Shown here in pieces: positions 25,446 to 35,592 of a stretch of DNA of 64,000 bases (positions are counted from its first letter, which is position 1; each line of letters begins with the position of its first letter). The translations under genes were made by a program, and so were the position numbers. This stretch comes from Candidatus Levyibacteriota bacterium (GTDB lineage Bacteria > Patescibacteriota > Microgenomatia > Levybacterales > UBA12049), in NCBI GenBank assembly GCA_043823085.1, contig JBDRBE010000004.1, positions 269,992-333,991 on the forward strand. Reading direction: 5' to 3'. Under the pieces are notes generated by a model that saw only the letters and a list, made by a program, of their open reading frames with translations, had not been told where the DNA came from and made no database searches.

Positions 25446-26141
25446 ATGAAAATTTCTATCCTGACGCTATTCCCTGAAATGTTCCAAGGTCCTTTTGACT
25501 GCTCTATTTTAAAACGAGCGAAATACAAAAAATTAATTAACATCAAATTTGTAAATATACGGGATTTTGGTATTGGAAAACACAAAATTGTCGATGATGC
25601 GCCTTACGGCGGCGGGGTAGGAATGGTTATGCGTGTAGATGTCATTAAAAAGGCGGTTGAAAAAACTAAATGCAAAGAAAAATGCAAAGAAAAAGTTTTT
25701 TTTCTTGATCCAAGGGGAAAAACTTTTAATCAAAAGAAGGCAGTTGAGATATCAAAACTTAATCATATAATTTTAATTTGCGGACACTATGAAGGCATCG
25801 ACGAAAGAGTCAGGAAATTTATTGATGAAGAAATTTCTATCGGGGACTACGTGCTAACCGGCGGAGAAATACCCGCCATGGTAATCGTTGACTGCATTTC
25901 CCGCCTTTTGCAAGGTGTTCTCAAAAAAGAAGAAGCTACTCGGTTTGAATCATTCTCTCAAATGGAAAACTTAGTCGAGTACCCTCAATACACAAGACCG
26001 CAAGATTTTAACGGACAAAAAGTTCCGAATATACTTCTTTCGGGAAATCATAAAGAGATCGCAAAGTGGCGAAAAAACATGTCTTTGACATTAACTAAAT
26101 CAAACAGGCCAGATCTTCTAAAAACTTCAGAGAGAACCTGA
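25446..26141 (+). CDS. trmD: tRNA (guanine37-N1)-methyltransferase
   Basis: SPOUT-family TrmD motifs (ILTLFPEMF, DDAPYGGGVGMVM, GHYEGIDERV, SIGDYVLTGGE). Confidence 0.9.
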   Translation: MKISILTLFPEMFQGPFDCSILKRAKYKKLINIKFVNIRDFGIGKHKIVDDAPYGGGVGMVMRVDVIKKAVEKTKCKEKCKEKVFFLDPRGKTFNQKKAVEISKLNHIILICGHYEGIDERVRKFIDEEISIGDYVLTGGEIPAMVIVDCISRLLQGVLKKEEATRFESFSQMENLVEYPQYTRPQDFNGQKVPNILLSGNHKEIAKWRKNMSLTLTKSNRPDLLKTSERT

Positions 26142-26846
26142 AGAATTTGCGAAAGGCAAAGACTCCTCAAGCATCCACGAAGAAACATCCTTAAAAGTCG
26201 CTTCTTGACCCTTGCTTAAAGGCTTGATCAAAGCTGTATAATCCACAGATATTGGAGGAATTGCGCGATAATAAAAGACTATTGTCATTTTTGACCTGTT
26301 TTCTGCCGAATCGACACCGTTGACTTCAGAAATAGGAATTATTTTTGCAAGCGAGTTTAAAAATCTTCTTACACCTTCAATTCCCCCATCTTTTAGCTCC
26401 AACGATAAGCTTAAAGAAGGAAAAGAACCAATATTCCCCGATGATTTTTCAGTCTCTTGAGAAAGGCTACCGACTTGAAAAACATAATCTCCAACTGAAA
26501 CACCTGATTTAACCGAAGCACTCCTAATCGCGTTCAAAACTCCAATAAAGTCTTTCTCTCCCGGAAGAGCGCCTGAAACAATCTGCAACTGAGAATCTAA
26601 ATCTATATCATCTAAAGAAGCCACAAATTCCAAATTTTTTTGTAAAGTGATAATCTTTTCTTTTGTTAAATCTTCCTGGGCTCTAATAACAAAAATCTCT
26701 TGTATTTGAGGCATAACAAAAAAAACAAAAAGCATAACCGAAGCAGTGATAATCAAAACAGAAATAAGATAAGGCTTGCATCGTATATATAATATTTTTA
26801 AGACGCTTTGATCTATTTTTAATCTCTTTGTATCAACAGTTTGCAT
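26127..26846 (-). CDS. type IV pilus assembly protein PilO-like
   Basis: Single N-terminal TM followed by a periplasmic domain. Position after pilM-pilN. Confidence 0.55.
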   Translation of the reverse strand: MQTVDTKRLKIDQSVLKILYIRCKPYLISVLIITASVMLFVFFVMPQIQEIFVIRAQEDLTKEKIITLQKNLEFVASLDDIDLDSQLQIVSGALPGEKDFIGVLNAIRSASVKSGVSVGDYVFQVGSLSQETEKSSGNIGSFPSLSLSLELKDGGIEGVRRFLNSLAKIIPISEVNGVDSAENRSKMTIVFYYRAIPPISVDYTALIKPLSKGQEATFKDVSSWMLEESLPFANSSGSL

Positions 26847-27379
26847 TACGGTAAATCAGCTTTAATTGAAAACACGTATTGGTTAGCTTCCGTATCTATA
26901 GAAAGATTTTCAAGCGTAATTTTATTAAACATTTTTTTATCCGCCGCAAAAACCACTAAACTATCCATAAAATTATTTATTGCCGTAAGAGACATAGAAG
27001 AAGCTTTTATTGAAACATTTTTTTTGTTAACAGTCAGCGAGGTCATCGAAAGATCGACGGGCTTCTGTTGGACAATGGCATTTATAGTTCCATTAAAATT
27101 TGCTCGCTTAGATAAGAGACTTTCTATATTTTGCAATCTATCATTTACAATAAATAATTTTGCAATCTTTTGCTTTGAAGAATCAATATTGGCAGAAAGA
27201 GTTTTTTCTTGGTTTTGAAGGGACAAAAGAGGAGAACTAAGTTTTATAAAAAATACAAAAATAGAAGAAGTACAAACAAAAATGAGACAAAAAAACGCAC
27301 TTATTCGCAACAATATAACTCTCTTTTTTAATTTTGTAATTCTTTCTTTCTGCTTTGAAACTAAATTTATTTCACTCAT
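26846..27379 (-). CDS. type IV pilus assembly protein PilN-like
   Basis: Short cytoplasmic N-terminus, TM, coiled-coil periplasmic region; follows pilM. Confidence 0.55.
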   Translation of the reverse strand: MSEINLVSKQKERITKLKKRVILLRISAFFCLIFVCTSSIFVFFIKLSSPLLSLQNQEKTLSANIDSSKQKIAKLFIVNDRLQNIESLLSKRANFNGTINAIVQQKPVDLSMTSLTVNKKNVSIKASSMSLTAINNFMDSLVVFAADKKMFNKITLENLSIDTEANQYVFSIKADLP

Positions 27380-28403
27380 AGTCTCTCATTGCAAGCCCAA
27401 CGGCTACCGTAAAGTTTGGCGCGTTATCAATCATCTCTTTTGGAACTTCCGAGTTTAATATCTTCCATGGATTTGAAATTACCGTTTCTAAACCGCAATT
27501 TTGAGCAAAAAACGTATCAATCCCGGGAAGTTTTGCTGTTCCTCCCGAAAGTAAAATTTGCTTAAGAGGGCCTTCTTCTTTGTATTTTTCGCTATAATAC
27601 ACCATGGATTTTTTAACTTCTGTGACTATTGACGCGACAATTGGCAATGTCGCTTTACCAATTTTTCCTCCAAAAACCGTTTCTGATATTCCATAAGTTT
27701 TTTTATACTCTTCCGCTTGATCAAAACTAAATCCTAAATCCGTCATAATCGCACGGCTAATAACCGCACCGCCTGTTGCCACTGAATAAGTAAAAACTAA
27801 AACTCCGTCTTTTATAATTGCCAGAAGCGTATTTACAGCACCGATATGAACAATAATCGTATTTGGAAAATTCTCTCCTCGAACACAAGACCTTATCACG
27901 GCCAATATTTCCGTTTCCAAAGAATTAATAGAAAATCCCGCCACCTGAACAATTTTTTGATATTTTTCTATTAACGCTGTGGGAGCCCCAACCAAAAGAA
28001 CATTCATTTTAGCGCTAGCTGCCAAAGAATCTGTTTTTTTCAGTATTTTCCAATCCAAAGTAACATTTGGAAGCGGCAAAGGTATATATTGTTCCGCCTC
28101 CCAGTAAATCGCCGATGAAAGTTCTTTATCCGACAAAAGAGGCATTTCCAAAACTTTTGTATAAACCTGGCTTTCTGGAAGTGCGATATTGACGTTCGTT
28201 GAATTAATTTTTGCGTTATTACAAACCGCCCTTATTGATCTGGCCATTTCTTCCTGATCGAAAGGAGACTCTGAAAGCATTCCTTTTTGCGGAGTCGGCA
28301 GAGTTGATGTTGCACGTAAAACAAAACTGTTATTTTGCTCGGAAAGCCAAACAGCTTTCATTATCATATCTCCAATATCAAGTCCAAAAGGTTTGTCTTT
28401 CAT
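27372..28403 (-). CDS. pilM: type IV pilus assembly protein PilM (actin-like ATPase fold)
   Basis: FGLDIGDMIMKAV...; ASKHA-like motifs (VHIGAVNT, SGGTAKLPG). Confidence 0.75.
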   Translation of the reverse strand: MKDKPFGLDIGDMIMKAVWLSEQNNSFVLRATSTLPTPQKGMLSESPFDQEEMARSIRAVCNNAKINSTNVNIALPESQVYTKVLEMPLLSDKELSSAIYWEAEQYIPLPLPNVTLDWKILKKTDSLAASAKMNVLLVGAPTALIEKYQKIVQVAGFSINSLETEILAVIRSCVRGENFPNTIIVHIGAVNTLLAIIKDGVLVFTYSVATGGAVISRAIMTDLGFSFDQAEEYKKTYGISETVFGGKIGKATLPIVASIVTEVKKSMVYYSEKYKEEGPLKQILLSGGTAKLPGIDTFFAQNCGLETVISNPWKILNSEVPKEMIDNAPNFTVAVGLAMRDYE

Positions 28404-29251
28404 TATGTTGGCGAAAATAAAACGTATTGAAAAAATTCAGACGGAAGCTTGGGATATCCTTGATAAAAAGATACCCTTCTGTTAGTCGTACCGGAAGTTC
28501 CAGTAGAATCTATTACAGTTCCTTGAGACGGAAGCGCAATATTTCCCGATACGCCTATGAAACTCGATTTGTAAAGAGGCACAACTCTGACAACCAAGCC
28601 CGACGAGATACTATTTACCTCTGCCTTATAAGCAAAAGTTTTACCAAGCAGATTTTCGCCCAGCTTATTAATATTAGTTGAAAAGTTGTTCTGTGTTGCA
28701 CGCGAGCCGCATGGATCAAATACAGAACGGAACGAGGAAGAGCTGGAAACACTATTCCCAAAAATTAAAATTACTTCAAGCGCAGCGTTGTCACAATCAC
28801 CTAGGGCATTACTTCCCCAATAAAAGGTTAGTGATGATCCGGTCCATGTCGTTGAATAATCAGGAGTATTATCCGCCTTATGAGGAACCAGCCAAACATC
28901 CGCTCCGTCATTTGCATTTACGAGATTACCGCCATTGATTAAAAAATCCGTCCCCGAAAGGGATGTAACCGTAGTCGAAAAAGATGCTTTGTTCTCGCCT
29001 GTAAAATTACCGGCAACAGAGGTATTCTCTTTAAGCGCCTTTTCTATTCCTGCTTCAGCGGCCGAAAAAGCTTTCTGTGAATTTTCTTCTTCTGTTGAAG
29101 TTCGAAGATTGGTTACAGATCTTGAAATAAGCGCCAACCCAACTGTCATTGAAACAACCATAACTAAAACAACAATTAAAAATGCCTGCCCGCTATTGCT
29201 TCGCATCAAGCGATGCGGGCGGACCTGTCCTCTTTGCCTTGCATTATCCAT
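28403..29251 (-). CDS. PilX-like minor pilin / pilus assembly protein
   Basis: N-terminal RSNSGQAFLIVVLVMVVSM hydrophobic segment. In operon with pilM. Confidence 0.5.
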   Translation of the reverse strand: MDNARQRGQVRPHRLMRSNSGQAFLIVVLVMVVSMTVGLALISRSVTNLRTSTEEENSQKAFSAAEAGIEKALKENTSVAGNFTGENKASFSTTVTSLSGTDFLINGGNLVNANDGADVWLVPHKADNTPDYSTTWTGSSLTFYWGSNALGDCDNAALEVILIFGNSVSSSSSFRSVFDPCGSRATQNNFSTNINKLGENLLGKTFAYKAEVNSISSGLVVRVVPLYKSSFIGVSGNIALPSQGTVIDSTGTSGTTNRRVSFYQGYPKLPSEFFQYVLFSPT

Positions 29252-29303
29252 GTACTCTTAGAATAACAATTATTTTACGCCTATGTCAACCAAGCCAAAA
29301 GAG

Positions 29304-29900
29304 CTATCTTGCTAAATTTCTCAATACAACCGATGTTTGAAATGGTATTAAGGCCGAATTCTCCTGTAACGACACTCCGCTATCTGCAGCATAATTTTTT
29401 AAAGTAAATTTAATCCCTACCGATGGAGAATCTATATTGCTATTCTGACTGCATGTAAACGAGGTAGATACAGATGAACACGACTCTAACGTCACGCTAC
29501 TGGTGTCAAAAAGCGAGATGCGCTCTGTCAAACTACATACGCCATCTGTGTAATCGCCGTTAATTGATATTAAAGTATTTGAATCACCAGTCGTGCTTGT
29601 ACAACAGGCGTAAGTAAGATAGTTGCCCTCTGCAGTTAAAATAGTAATATGGTTTTGTGAGGAAGTCACTATGCAAGAAATTGGGTCCACTATATTTTTT
29701 GCATTTCTTATAGTTTTTGACATTTGAGAAATAGCACCGTTGCCATTCTGTCTAACAACAGTTAAAGCATTGGTCTTATTTGTTCCGCGAAGCGTCGAAA
29801 AAAGAATGGAAACGACAAAACCCCCTATTGCAATAACAACAATAACAACTACTAGTAATTCTATTAATGTGAAGCCTTTGGAAGTTGAAAGTTTTTTCAT
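29304..29900 (-). CDS. type IV pilin-like protein (prepilin-type N-terminal cleavage/methylation domain)
   Basis: KGFTLIELLVVVIVV. Confidence 0.75.
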   Translation of the reverse strand: MKKLSTSKGFTLIELLVVVIVVIAIGGFVVSILFSTLRGTNKTNALTVVRQNGNGAISQMSKTIRNAKNIVDPISCIVTSSQNHITILTAEGNYLTYACCTSTTGDSNTLISINGDYTDGVCSLTERISLFDTSSVTLESCSSVSTSFTCSQNSNIDSPSVGIKFTLKNYAADSGVSLQENSALIPFQTSVVLRNLAR

Positions 29901-30367
29901 GGGTTTGCCACGGTATTGAAATTAGAAAAACAAGACGAAATTTTAACGCTATTGCAAAAACCGGGTCTTTGGACACATTTGGCGTCAGACCAGCTGACAG
30001 TAACCGTTGCTTTGGTTTGATTATTTACACATGGAGAAGGACCATCAGGAGACACACCTCTGTCCAAATCAACTTCGCGAATATAAATACCAATATTTTG
30101 TTGGCAACTTGAGGCTACCCGCATATCTTCACCTAAACAATAATGTTTAGATAAGATAAGTGTCGCCCAATCAGAACTCTTATTAATTCCTCTTAATAAT
30201 TCCATTCCTTCCTGCGCGTACTGCGCGGCAAGGCTTTGATTTTTACTATACTGCGCGTTATTAAGAGAAGCAATTACAGCAGCTGTTATGGCAGATATTA
30301 CAGCAACTGCCGCCGCCATTGCCACTAAAGCTTCTATTAATGTCTGACCATTTTGGAAATTTCTCAT
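29897..30367 (-). CDS. type IV minor pilin-like protein
   Basis: NGQTLIEALVAMAAAV class III signal-like N-terminus. Confidence 0.65.
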   Translation of the reverse strand: MRNFQNGQTLIEALVAMAAAVAVISAITAAVIASLNNAQYSKNQSLAAQYAQEGMELLRGINKSSDWATLILSKHYCLGEDMRVASSCQQNIGIYIREVDLDRGVSPDGPSPCVNNQTKATVTVSWSDAKCVQRPGFCNSVKISSCFSNFNTVANP

Positions 30368-30371
30368 TAAA

Positions 30372-30947
30372 TTATTGTACTATGTTAATGTTACCGGCAC
30401 TATCAACCTCTATGGTTTTTTCAATGTCGCCAAAACCCTGCAATGTAATATTGCCCCCGTTTTTTACTCCGCCGACGACACTTTTGAAAAGAAAAAAAGT
30501 TGAGGAGTTTTCCTTAAATTCAACTTCCGAAGGAACTTTTTTATTCTCAATAGGATTATTTGTATTTGCAATGCTATCGTTACCACCACAAACAATATCA
30601 AACTCATAATTTGCATTTGTCTTGTTTTCATCATTCCGATCTTGACATAGTGATCCTCCAAGACCACAAATAAGCACTGCAAAACCTTTGAACGAATCGT
30701 TACCGCACATATTATTTTCTCCTTTTTGAATTGCCTGCGACATGGCCATTGACTTTGCCTTATTCAGCATCGTAATAACATCATAGGCCGCGGTATTCAT
30801 TGTTTGCATCCGGCTATAATTAACGTAAGAAGCAAGACCAAAGGTCGCAAGCATAGCCATAATAGAAAAGGCGACAAGAAATTCAATAAGCGTAAAACCT
30901 TTTCTACTAAATGCCAAAAACTGAAAATTGGAGATTAATTTTTTCAT
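30372..30947 (-). CDS. type IV pilin-like protein
   Basis: RKGFTLIEFLVAFSIMAM. Confidence 0.75.
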   Translation of the reverse strand: MKKLISNFQFLAFSRKGFTLIEFLVAFSIMAMLATFGLASYVNYSRMQTMNTAAYDVITMLNKAKSMAMSQAIQKGENNMCGNDSFKGFAVLICGLGGSLCQDRNDENKTNANYEFDIVCGGNDSIANTNNPIENKKVPSEVEFKENSSTFFLFKSVVGGVKNGGNITLQGFGDIEKTIEVDSAGNINIVQ

Positions 30948-31423
30948 GGGTTTTGTTTAACATAATATAAATTACTAGAACAAATACCGCTTCCTCCAGG
31001 TGAGGTAACCACCCCCTGAGAATCGCTTTTATTCTCGAGACATGCCGCCAGGGTATAATTCAGGTTATTATTTAAACTTAAATAGTAATAATTACCGCCA
31101 TTATAACAATCCGTACAAGCCGACGGATCTTTTGGAATATTTTGCATATAAGTTGCACCTTCATTTAATACTGTTGTATTTAACGTATAATCAGTCGCTG
31201 GAGGATAATTTCCGTAATCCGCCCGGTACATTTCAAGAGCCGACTGAATTTGTCCGATATCGGACTTCCTTTGCGCATCCCGCGTTCTTTGCCTAATCGA
31301 AATATAGTTGATTATAGAAAAAGAAAGCAAAATGCCGATAATTGCAATAACAACCAAAAGCTCAATTAAAGTAAAGCCTCTTCGTGAATTTTGCATTTTG
31401 AATTTCAACTTTGAATTTTGCAT
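30944..31423 (-). CDS. GspG/pseudopilin-like type IV pilin
   Basis: RRGFTLIELLVVIAIIGIL; RDAQRKSDIGQIQSALEMY is typical of GspG-like pilins. N-terminal tandem duplication MQNSKLKFKMQNS. Confidence 0.75.
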   Translation of the reverse strand: MQNSKLKFKMQNSRRGFTLIELLVVIAIIGILLSFSIINYISIRQRTRDAQRKSDIGQIQSALEMYRADYGNYPPATDYTLNTTVLNEGATYMQNIPKDPSACTDCYNGGNYYYLSLNNNLNYTLAACLENKSDSQGVVTSPGGSGICSSNLYYVKQNP

Positions 31424-31440
31424 TTTGAATTTTGAACTGT

Positions 31441-31935
31441 TTAAGGATTTACGTTTGCACTTGACAAGCCGTAATTACAAACGCCGCCGCAACTGGCATT
31501 GCTTGGAACATTCCGGCATTTATAATCTTTTACACCGTTCTTATAAAAACAGAGCTCTTTATCCGTACTATTATCTAGGCTAGCATAAATATAATAACTC
31601 TGTCCAGCTTCTAAATCAGAATAGTAAATATAATTTTTTGCTTCACTAGGATCTTTTGGTAAAACAGTCAAATATGGAATCCACTGCTGTCCCCAATCGG
31701 CAACAGAATCATCCAGTCTAACAATTCTAAAAAGTGGATTTTTTTGCGATGATTTGGGATATCGGCCGTGATTTTGATAATAATTTTCAAGAGCTGTTTG
31801 CAGTGTCTTAAGATCCGACTTTCTTCTTAAGTCGTTTGTTTTTTTAAAATCCTCGAGATACTTTGTGTTTTGTAAAATATATGCTCCTATAATTGCCAGA
31901 ACGATAATTATAAACAGTGTTTGAATTTTCTTCAT
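31441..31935 (-). CDS. pilin-like protein, paralog of 30944..31423, without a canonical GFTLIE motif
   Basis: Hydrophobic N-terminus; DLKTLQTALENYY; Cys pair near the C-terminus. Confidence 0.5.
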   Translation of the reverse strand: MKKIQTLFIIIVLAIIGAYILQNTKYLEDFKKTNDLRRKSDLKTLQTALENYYQNHGRYPKSSQKNPLFRIVRLDDSVADWGQQWIPYLTVLPKDPSEAKNYIYYSDLEAGQSYYIYASLDNSTDKELCFYKNGVKDYKCRNVPSNASCGGVCNYGLSSANVNP

Positions 31936-32723
31936 AACAATCTCAAAAATGGTATCAACTCAATTATTTCATGACTATAAAAAAACGCAAGTAATGTTCC
32001 TAAAACTAGAAACGGGCCAAAAGGGATTGTGTCCTTGGAAAACTTTTTCCTGCCAGCTATGACAAGCGCTAGCGCCACGAAAGCGCCGATAATAAAAGCC
32101 ATATAAAGCGCGATAATAATTTTTGGAAATCCCAAAAAAAGACCGGCCAAAAAAACATATTCAACATCGCCAAAGCCCATTCCTTTTCCTTTGGTAATCA
32201 AAAAGATAAGAAGGAAAAAGAAAAAAGCGCCAAAACCTGCCAAAAGATGAATCAGGAATAAGGAATTAAGAATTAGGGATACGTAGGCAAATGTCGCAAC
32301 AACGGCGACAAGAAGAATTCGGTCGGGGATAATCCCATATTTTAAATCGATAAAAAAAATAACGATGAGAGAGGAAACTATAAAAAGATAATAAATTAAT
32401 TCAGCAAAATATTTGATATTTGATATTTGATATTTGATATTTTCATTGGGGAAAAAAAGAAAAACTAGAACAAAAGTGATTCCAGTCGTTAACTCAACAA
32501 CCGGATAATAAAATGAAATAGGGGAGTGACAATAGCGGCAACGGCCTTTAAGAATAATAAAAGAAACAAACGGAATTAAATCATACCAAGCCAATTTTTT
32601 TTTACAGGCTTCGCAATGCGACCGGCCTTTAAATACTGACTCACCGCGGGGAAGTCTATCGATTACAACATTAAGAAAACTTCCAATACCAAGACCTAAA
32701 AAAAAGAGCAAAAATATAACCAC
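31932..32723 (-). CDS. pilD: prepilin peptidase (A24 family)
   Basis: CxxC...CxxC zinc motif (GRSHCEACKK...CRYCHSPIS), multiple TM segments, acidic catalytic residues. Contains a heptanucleotide repeat. Confidence 0.85.
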   Translation of the reverse strand: MVIFLLFFLGLGIGSFLNVVIDRLPRGESVFKGRSHCEACKKKLAWYDLIPFVSFIILKGRCRYCHSPISFYYPVVELTTGITFVLVFLFFPNENIKYQISNIKYFAELIYYLFIVSSLIVIFFIDLKYGIIPDRILLVAVVATFAYVSLILNSLFLIHLLAGFGAFFFFLLIFLITKGKGMGFGDVEYVFLAGLFLGFPKIIIALYMAFIIGAFVALALVIAGRKKFSKDTIPFGPFLVLGTLLAFFYSHEIIELIPFLRLL

Positions 32724-32775
32724 CTATATAGATTACCACAAATTCTTGTTTTTCTGTAGAATATTTTTGCGGCTG

Positions 32776-33213
32776 TTATTGACACGCACCTGATGCTGTC
32801 TCGCTGGCTGTTCCTTTTGCAGAACTCCAACACCAAACACTTCCAGCTGTTACAGGCGCTTTAAGCGTAGCATAAATTGCTATGTCATTGCATTTATTGC
32901 TTATCGAGCAAGTTGCCGGAACAAAAATATAACTCCCACCGCCTGGCGGTGTTGGTACATTTTTAAGATCTCCGCTAGTTACCAAATCACCTATAGTCGA
33001 TGTAAAAGTATTATTGGTCGTATAATAAGCCAATTCTGCCTGTCCGATTTGTTGGATATCGCTCTTTATTTTTGTGTCTGTCGCTTGATTTATCCTTTTG
33101 ATTGGATTAATTAACGTCATTAAACCAGCCGCTAATATTCCAAGTATGGCAATCACTATAATTAGTTCGATGAGGGTGAAGCCTTTTTGAGAAGTTTTAA
33201 ACAATTTTTTCAT
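32776..33213 (-). CDS. pilA: type IV pilin (major pilin candidate)
   Basis: QKGFTLIELIIVIAILGILAAG; C-terminal Cys pair. Confidence 0.8.
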   Translation of the reverse strand: MKKLFKTSQKGFTLIELIIVIAILGILAAGLMTLINPIKRINQATDTKIKSDIQQIGQAELAYYTTNNTFTSTIGDLVTSGDLKNVPTPPGGGSYIFVPATCSISNKCNDIAIYATLKAPVTAGSVWCWSSAKGTASETASGACQ

Positions 33214-33267
33214 TTTCTAATTTAGTGTAATCATAATTAATGCTCTTTGTCAATAGGGATAAAATTA

Positions 33268-34473
33268 TTATTGTATTGCAGACATGAGGCTATAAATTGG
33301 TGTAATAATAGAAATGATTAAAAAAGCCACGCCTACTCCCAAAATTATCATAATCATTGGTTCCAGGGCAGTCATCAGAGTTTTAACAGTCTGATCAACC
33401 TCCTGCTCAAAATATTCTGACACCTTGAGGAAAGACTCATCAAGTTTTCCCGTCTGTTCGCCAATTTTTGCCATTTGAACAAGAATCGGAGGAAAAAGAT
33501 TTGAATACATCATTGAGTCTCCAACAGTCATTCCTTTTTCAACTCGTTTTGATAAATCAGTGACAGCATTTTTGTAAAGAATATTACCTGTTATCTCGGC
33601 TACTTGATTTAAGGCTTCAACCACTAAAATCCCAGCTCCGACAAGAAGCGAAAACGTTCTCGAAAATTCAGTTAGAATAATTTCTTTAGAAAGCTTTCCA
33701 AAAATCGGAATTTTTAATTTAAAAGAATCGATAATAAGTTTTCCCGATTCGGTTTTGTTCCACCGCCTGTAAACAAAAGTTAAAATTATTGCCAAACCTA
33801 TTATTAAAGGCCAAAATGTAACAAGAAAATTAGACATGCCGATAACAATCCGCGTTGGGAGAGGCATTTGAATATTCATGCTCTCATAAAGCGTAGAAAG
33901 CTGGGGAATAACAAAAATCATCATAATAAAAACAACCGCAACCATGCCAATAATTACTATCGCAGGATACAAAAGAGCAGATTTAATTGAATCTTTAAGT
34001 TTTTTTTCTTTTTCAAGATTGTCGGCTAAACGCAAAAGCACTTTTTCCAAAAGTCCTGAACTTTCGGCAGCTTTTATAAGAGAAATATAAATCGGAGGAA
34101 AAATTTCAGTATGCAACAAAAGAGCAAGGGAAAGAGATTTTCCCCCTTCAATATCGGTAAGAATTGTCGACACAACCTCTTGTGTCATATCACCTTTAAC
34201 TTGTTCTTTTAAAACATTCAGGGATTGCGTTAAAGTTAAACCGGAGGCAAGCATTAACGAAAGCTGCCTTGTAAAAAGCATTAAATTAAAACCTCCAAAT
34301 TTCTTAAAGAATGAAGAAAAAGGTAAGGCTAATTTTGCCTGGTAAGGCGAAATTCTAATCGGCAGAAAATTATTATTGCGAAGATAAGTTGCGGCTTCGT
34401 TTATATCTCTTGCGTCAATAAATCCATGCACTATTTTTCCATCGCGAGAAACCGCTTTATACGAAAGTTTCAT
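33268..34473 (-). CDS. pilC: type IV pilus platform protein PilC (GspF family)
   Basis: Two T2SS-F domains and three TM regions. Confidence 0.85.
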   Translation of the reverse strand: MKLSYKAVSRDGKIVHGFIDARDINEAATYLRNNNFLPIRISPYQAKLALPFSSFFKKFGGFNLMLFTRQLSLMLASGLTLTQSLNVLKEQVKGDMTQEVVSTILTDIEGGKSLSLALLLHTEIFPPIYISLIKAAESSGLLEKVLLRLADNLEKEKKLKDSIKSALLYPAIVIIGMVAVVFIMMIFVIPQLSTLYESMNIQMPLPTRIVIGMSNFLVTFWPLIIGLAIILTFVYRRWNKTESGKLIIDSFKLKIPIFGKLSKEIILTEFSRTFSLLVGAGILVVEALNQVAEITGNILYKNAVTDLSKRVEKGMTVGDSMMYSNLFPPILVQMAKIGEQTGKLDESFLKVSEYFEQEVDQTVKTLMTALEPMIMIILGVGVAFLIISIITPIYSLMSAIQ

Positions 34474-34523
34474 CTTTTATTTTTTAATCTTTTCACTATT
34501 CACCATACGCTATGCGCTATTTA

Positions 34524-35591
34524 CTATCCAATCAGCCTTATCAATTCTTCAGGATGAACAGAGTAACCCGTTGCAATTTCCAAACTTACCATTCCTGAGA
34601 GAACAAGACTTGCCAGAGAGGCTTCCAAACTAATCATTCCAACATCTTGCGAGGTCTGAATAATCGAATCCAAAAGATGCGACTTTCCATCTCTTATATT
34701 TGTTGCAACGGCCGGCGTGCCAATTAAAACTTCTGCGGCCGGAATTCTTCCTCCGGCAATTTGCGGAAGGAGTCTTTGCGAAACAATACCTTTTAGAGTT
34801 GCTGACAGCTGAATTCTTATCTGAGGCTGCTGATGAGAAGGAAACGAATCTACAATTCTATCCACGCTTTGCGAGGCTGAATTAGTATGCAATGTCGAAA
34901 AAACCAAATGTCCGGTTTCGGCGACGGTAATTGCCGCGGCAATGGTTTCGGGATCACGCATTTCACCAACTAAAACAACATCCGGATCTTCTCTTAAAGC
35001 CGAACGAAGAGACATTGCCCAAGAATGTGTATCCGATCCCAACTCTCTTTGAGAAATAATGCTTTTGCTGTTTGGATAAACATATTCAATTGGATCCTCA
35101 ATTGTTAAAATATGGCAAGCTCTATTGATATTTATTTCATTTATAATTGCCGCTAAAGTTGTCGATTTTCCATGACCGGTCGGACCGCAAAGCAAAACAA
35201 AGCCTTGTTTCAAGGTAGTAAACGAATGAAGGATTTTGGGAAGATGAAGTTCCTCAATCGTTTTTATATTTGGCGGCAAAAATCTAAAAGCCGCGGACAA
35301 ATATCCTCTTTGATAGTAAAGATTTGAACGAAACCGTCCCGCGTCGCCATAAATACCTCCGCCAAATCCAAGCGAAAAATCCAATTCTTTATTGGTGACT
35401 AAAAGCTCTTTTTGTTCCGGCGTTAAAAGAGAAAAAATCATTTCCTCAACGTCTTCGCGTGTCAAGACGTTATAACCGGATAAACTAGAAAGTGCTCCAT
35501 CAACGCGAATAGAAGGCGGAATGCCCGGTAAAAGATGCAAATCAGAAGCTCTATTCTTAATAGTCAAACTTAATAATTCCTGAATATTCAT
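34524..35591 (-). CDS. pilT: twitching motility ATPase PilT
   Basis: Walker A GPTGHGKSTTLAA, Asp box, His box; about 355 aa, typical PilT size. Confidence 0.85.
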   Translation of the reverse strand: MNIQELLSLTIKNRASDLHLLPGIPPSIRVDGALSSLSGYNVLTREDVEEMIFSLLTPEQKELLVTNKELDFSLGFGGGIYGDAGRFRSNLYYQRGYLSAAFRFLPPNIKTIEELHLPKILHSFTTLKQGFVLLCGPTGHGKSTTLAAIINEININRACHILTIEDPIEYVYPNSKSIISQRELGSDTHSWAMSLRSALREDPDVVLVGEMRDPETIAAAITVAETGHLVFSTLHTNSASQSVDRIVDSFPSHQQPQIRIQLSATLKGIVSQRLLPQIAGGRIPAAEVLIGTPAVATNIRDGKSHLLDSIIQTSQDVGMISLEASLASLVLSGMVSLEIATGYSVHPEELIRLIG

Positions 35592-35592
35592 A

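Noticed and set aside
25670-25700. 12-nt tandem repeat tgcaaagaaaaa x2 in trmD
   Set aside because: In frame (encodes KCKEKCKEK). Likely a simple codon-level duplication with no evidence of regulatory or variable function.
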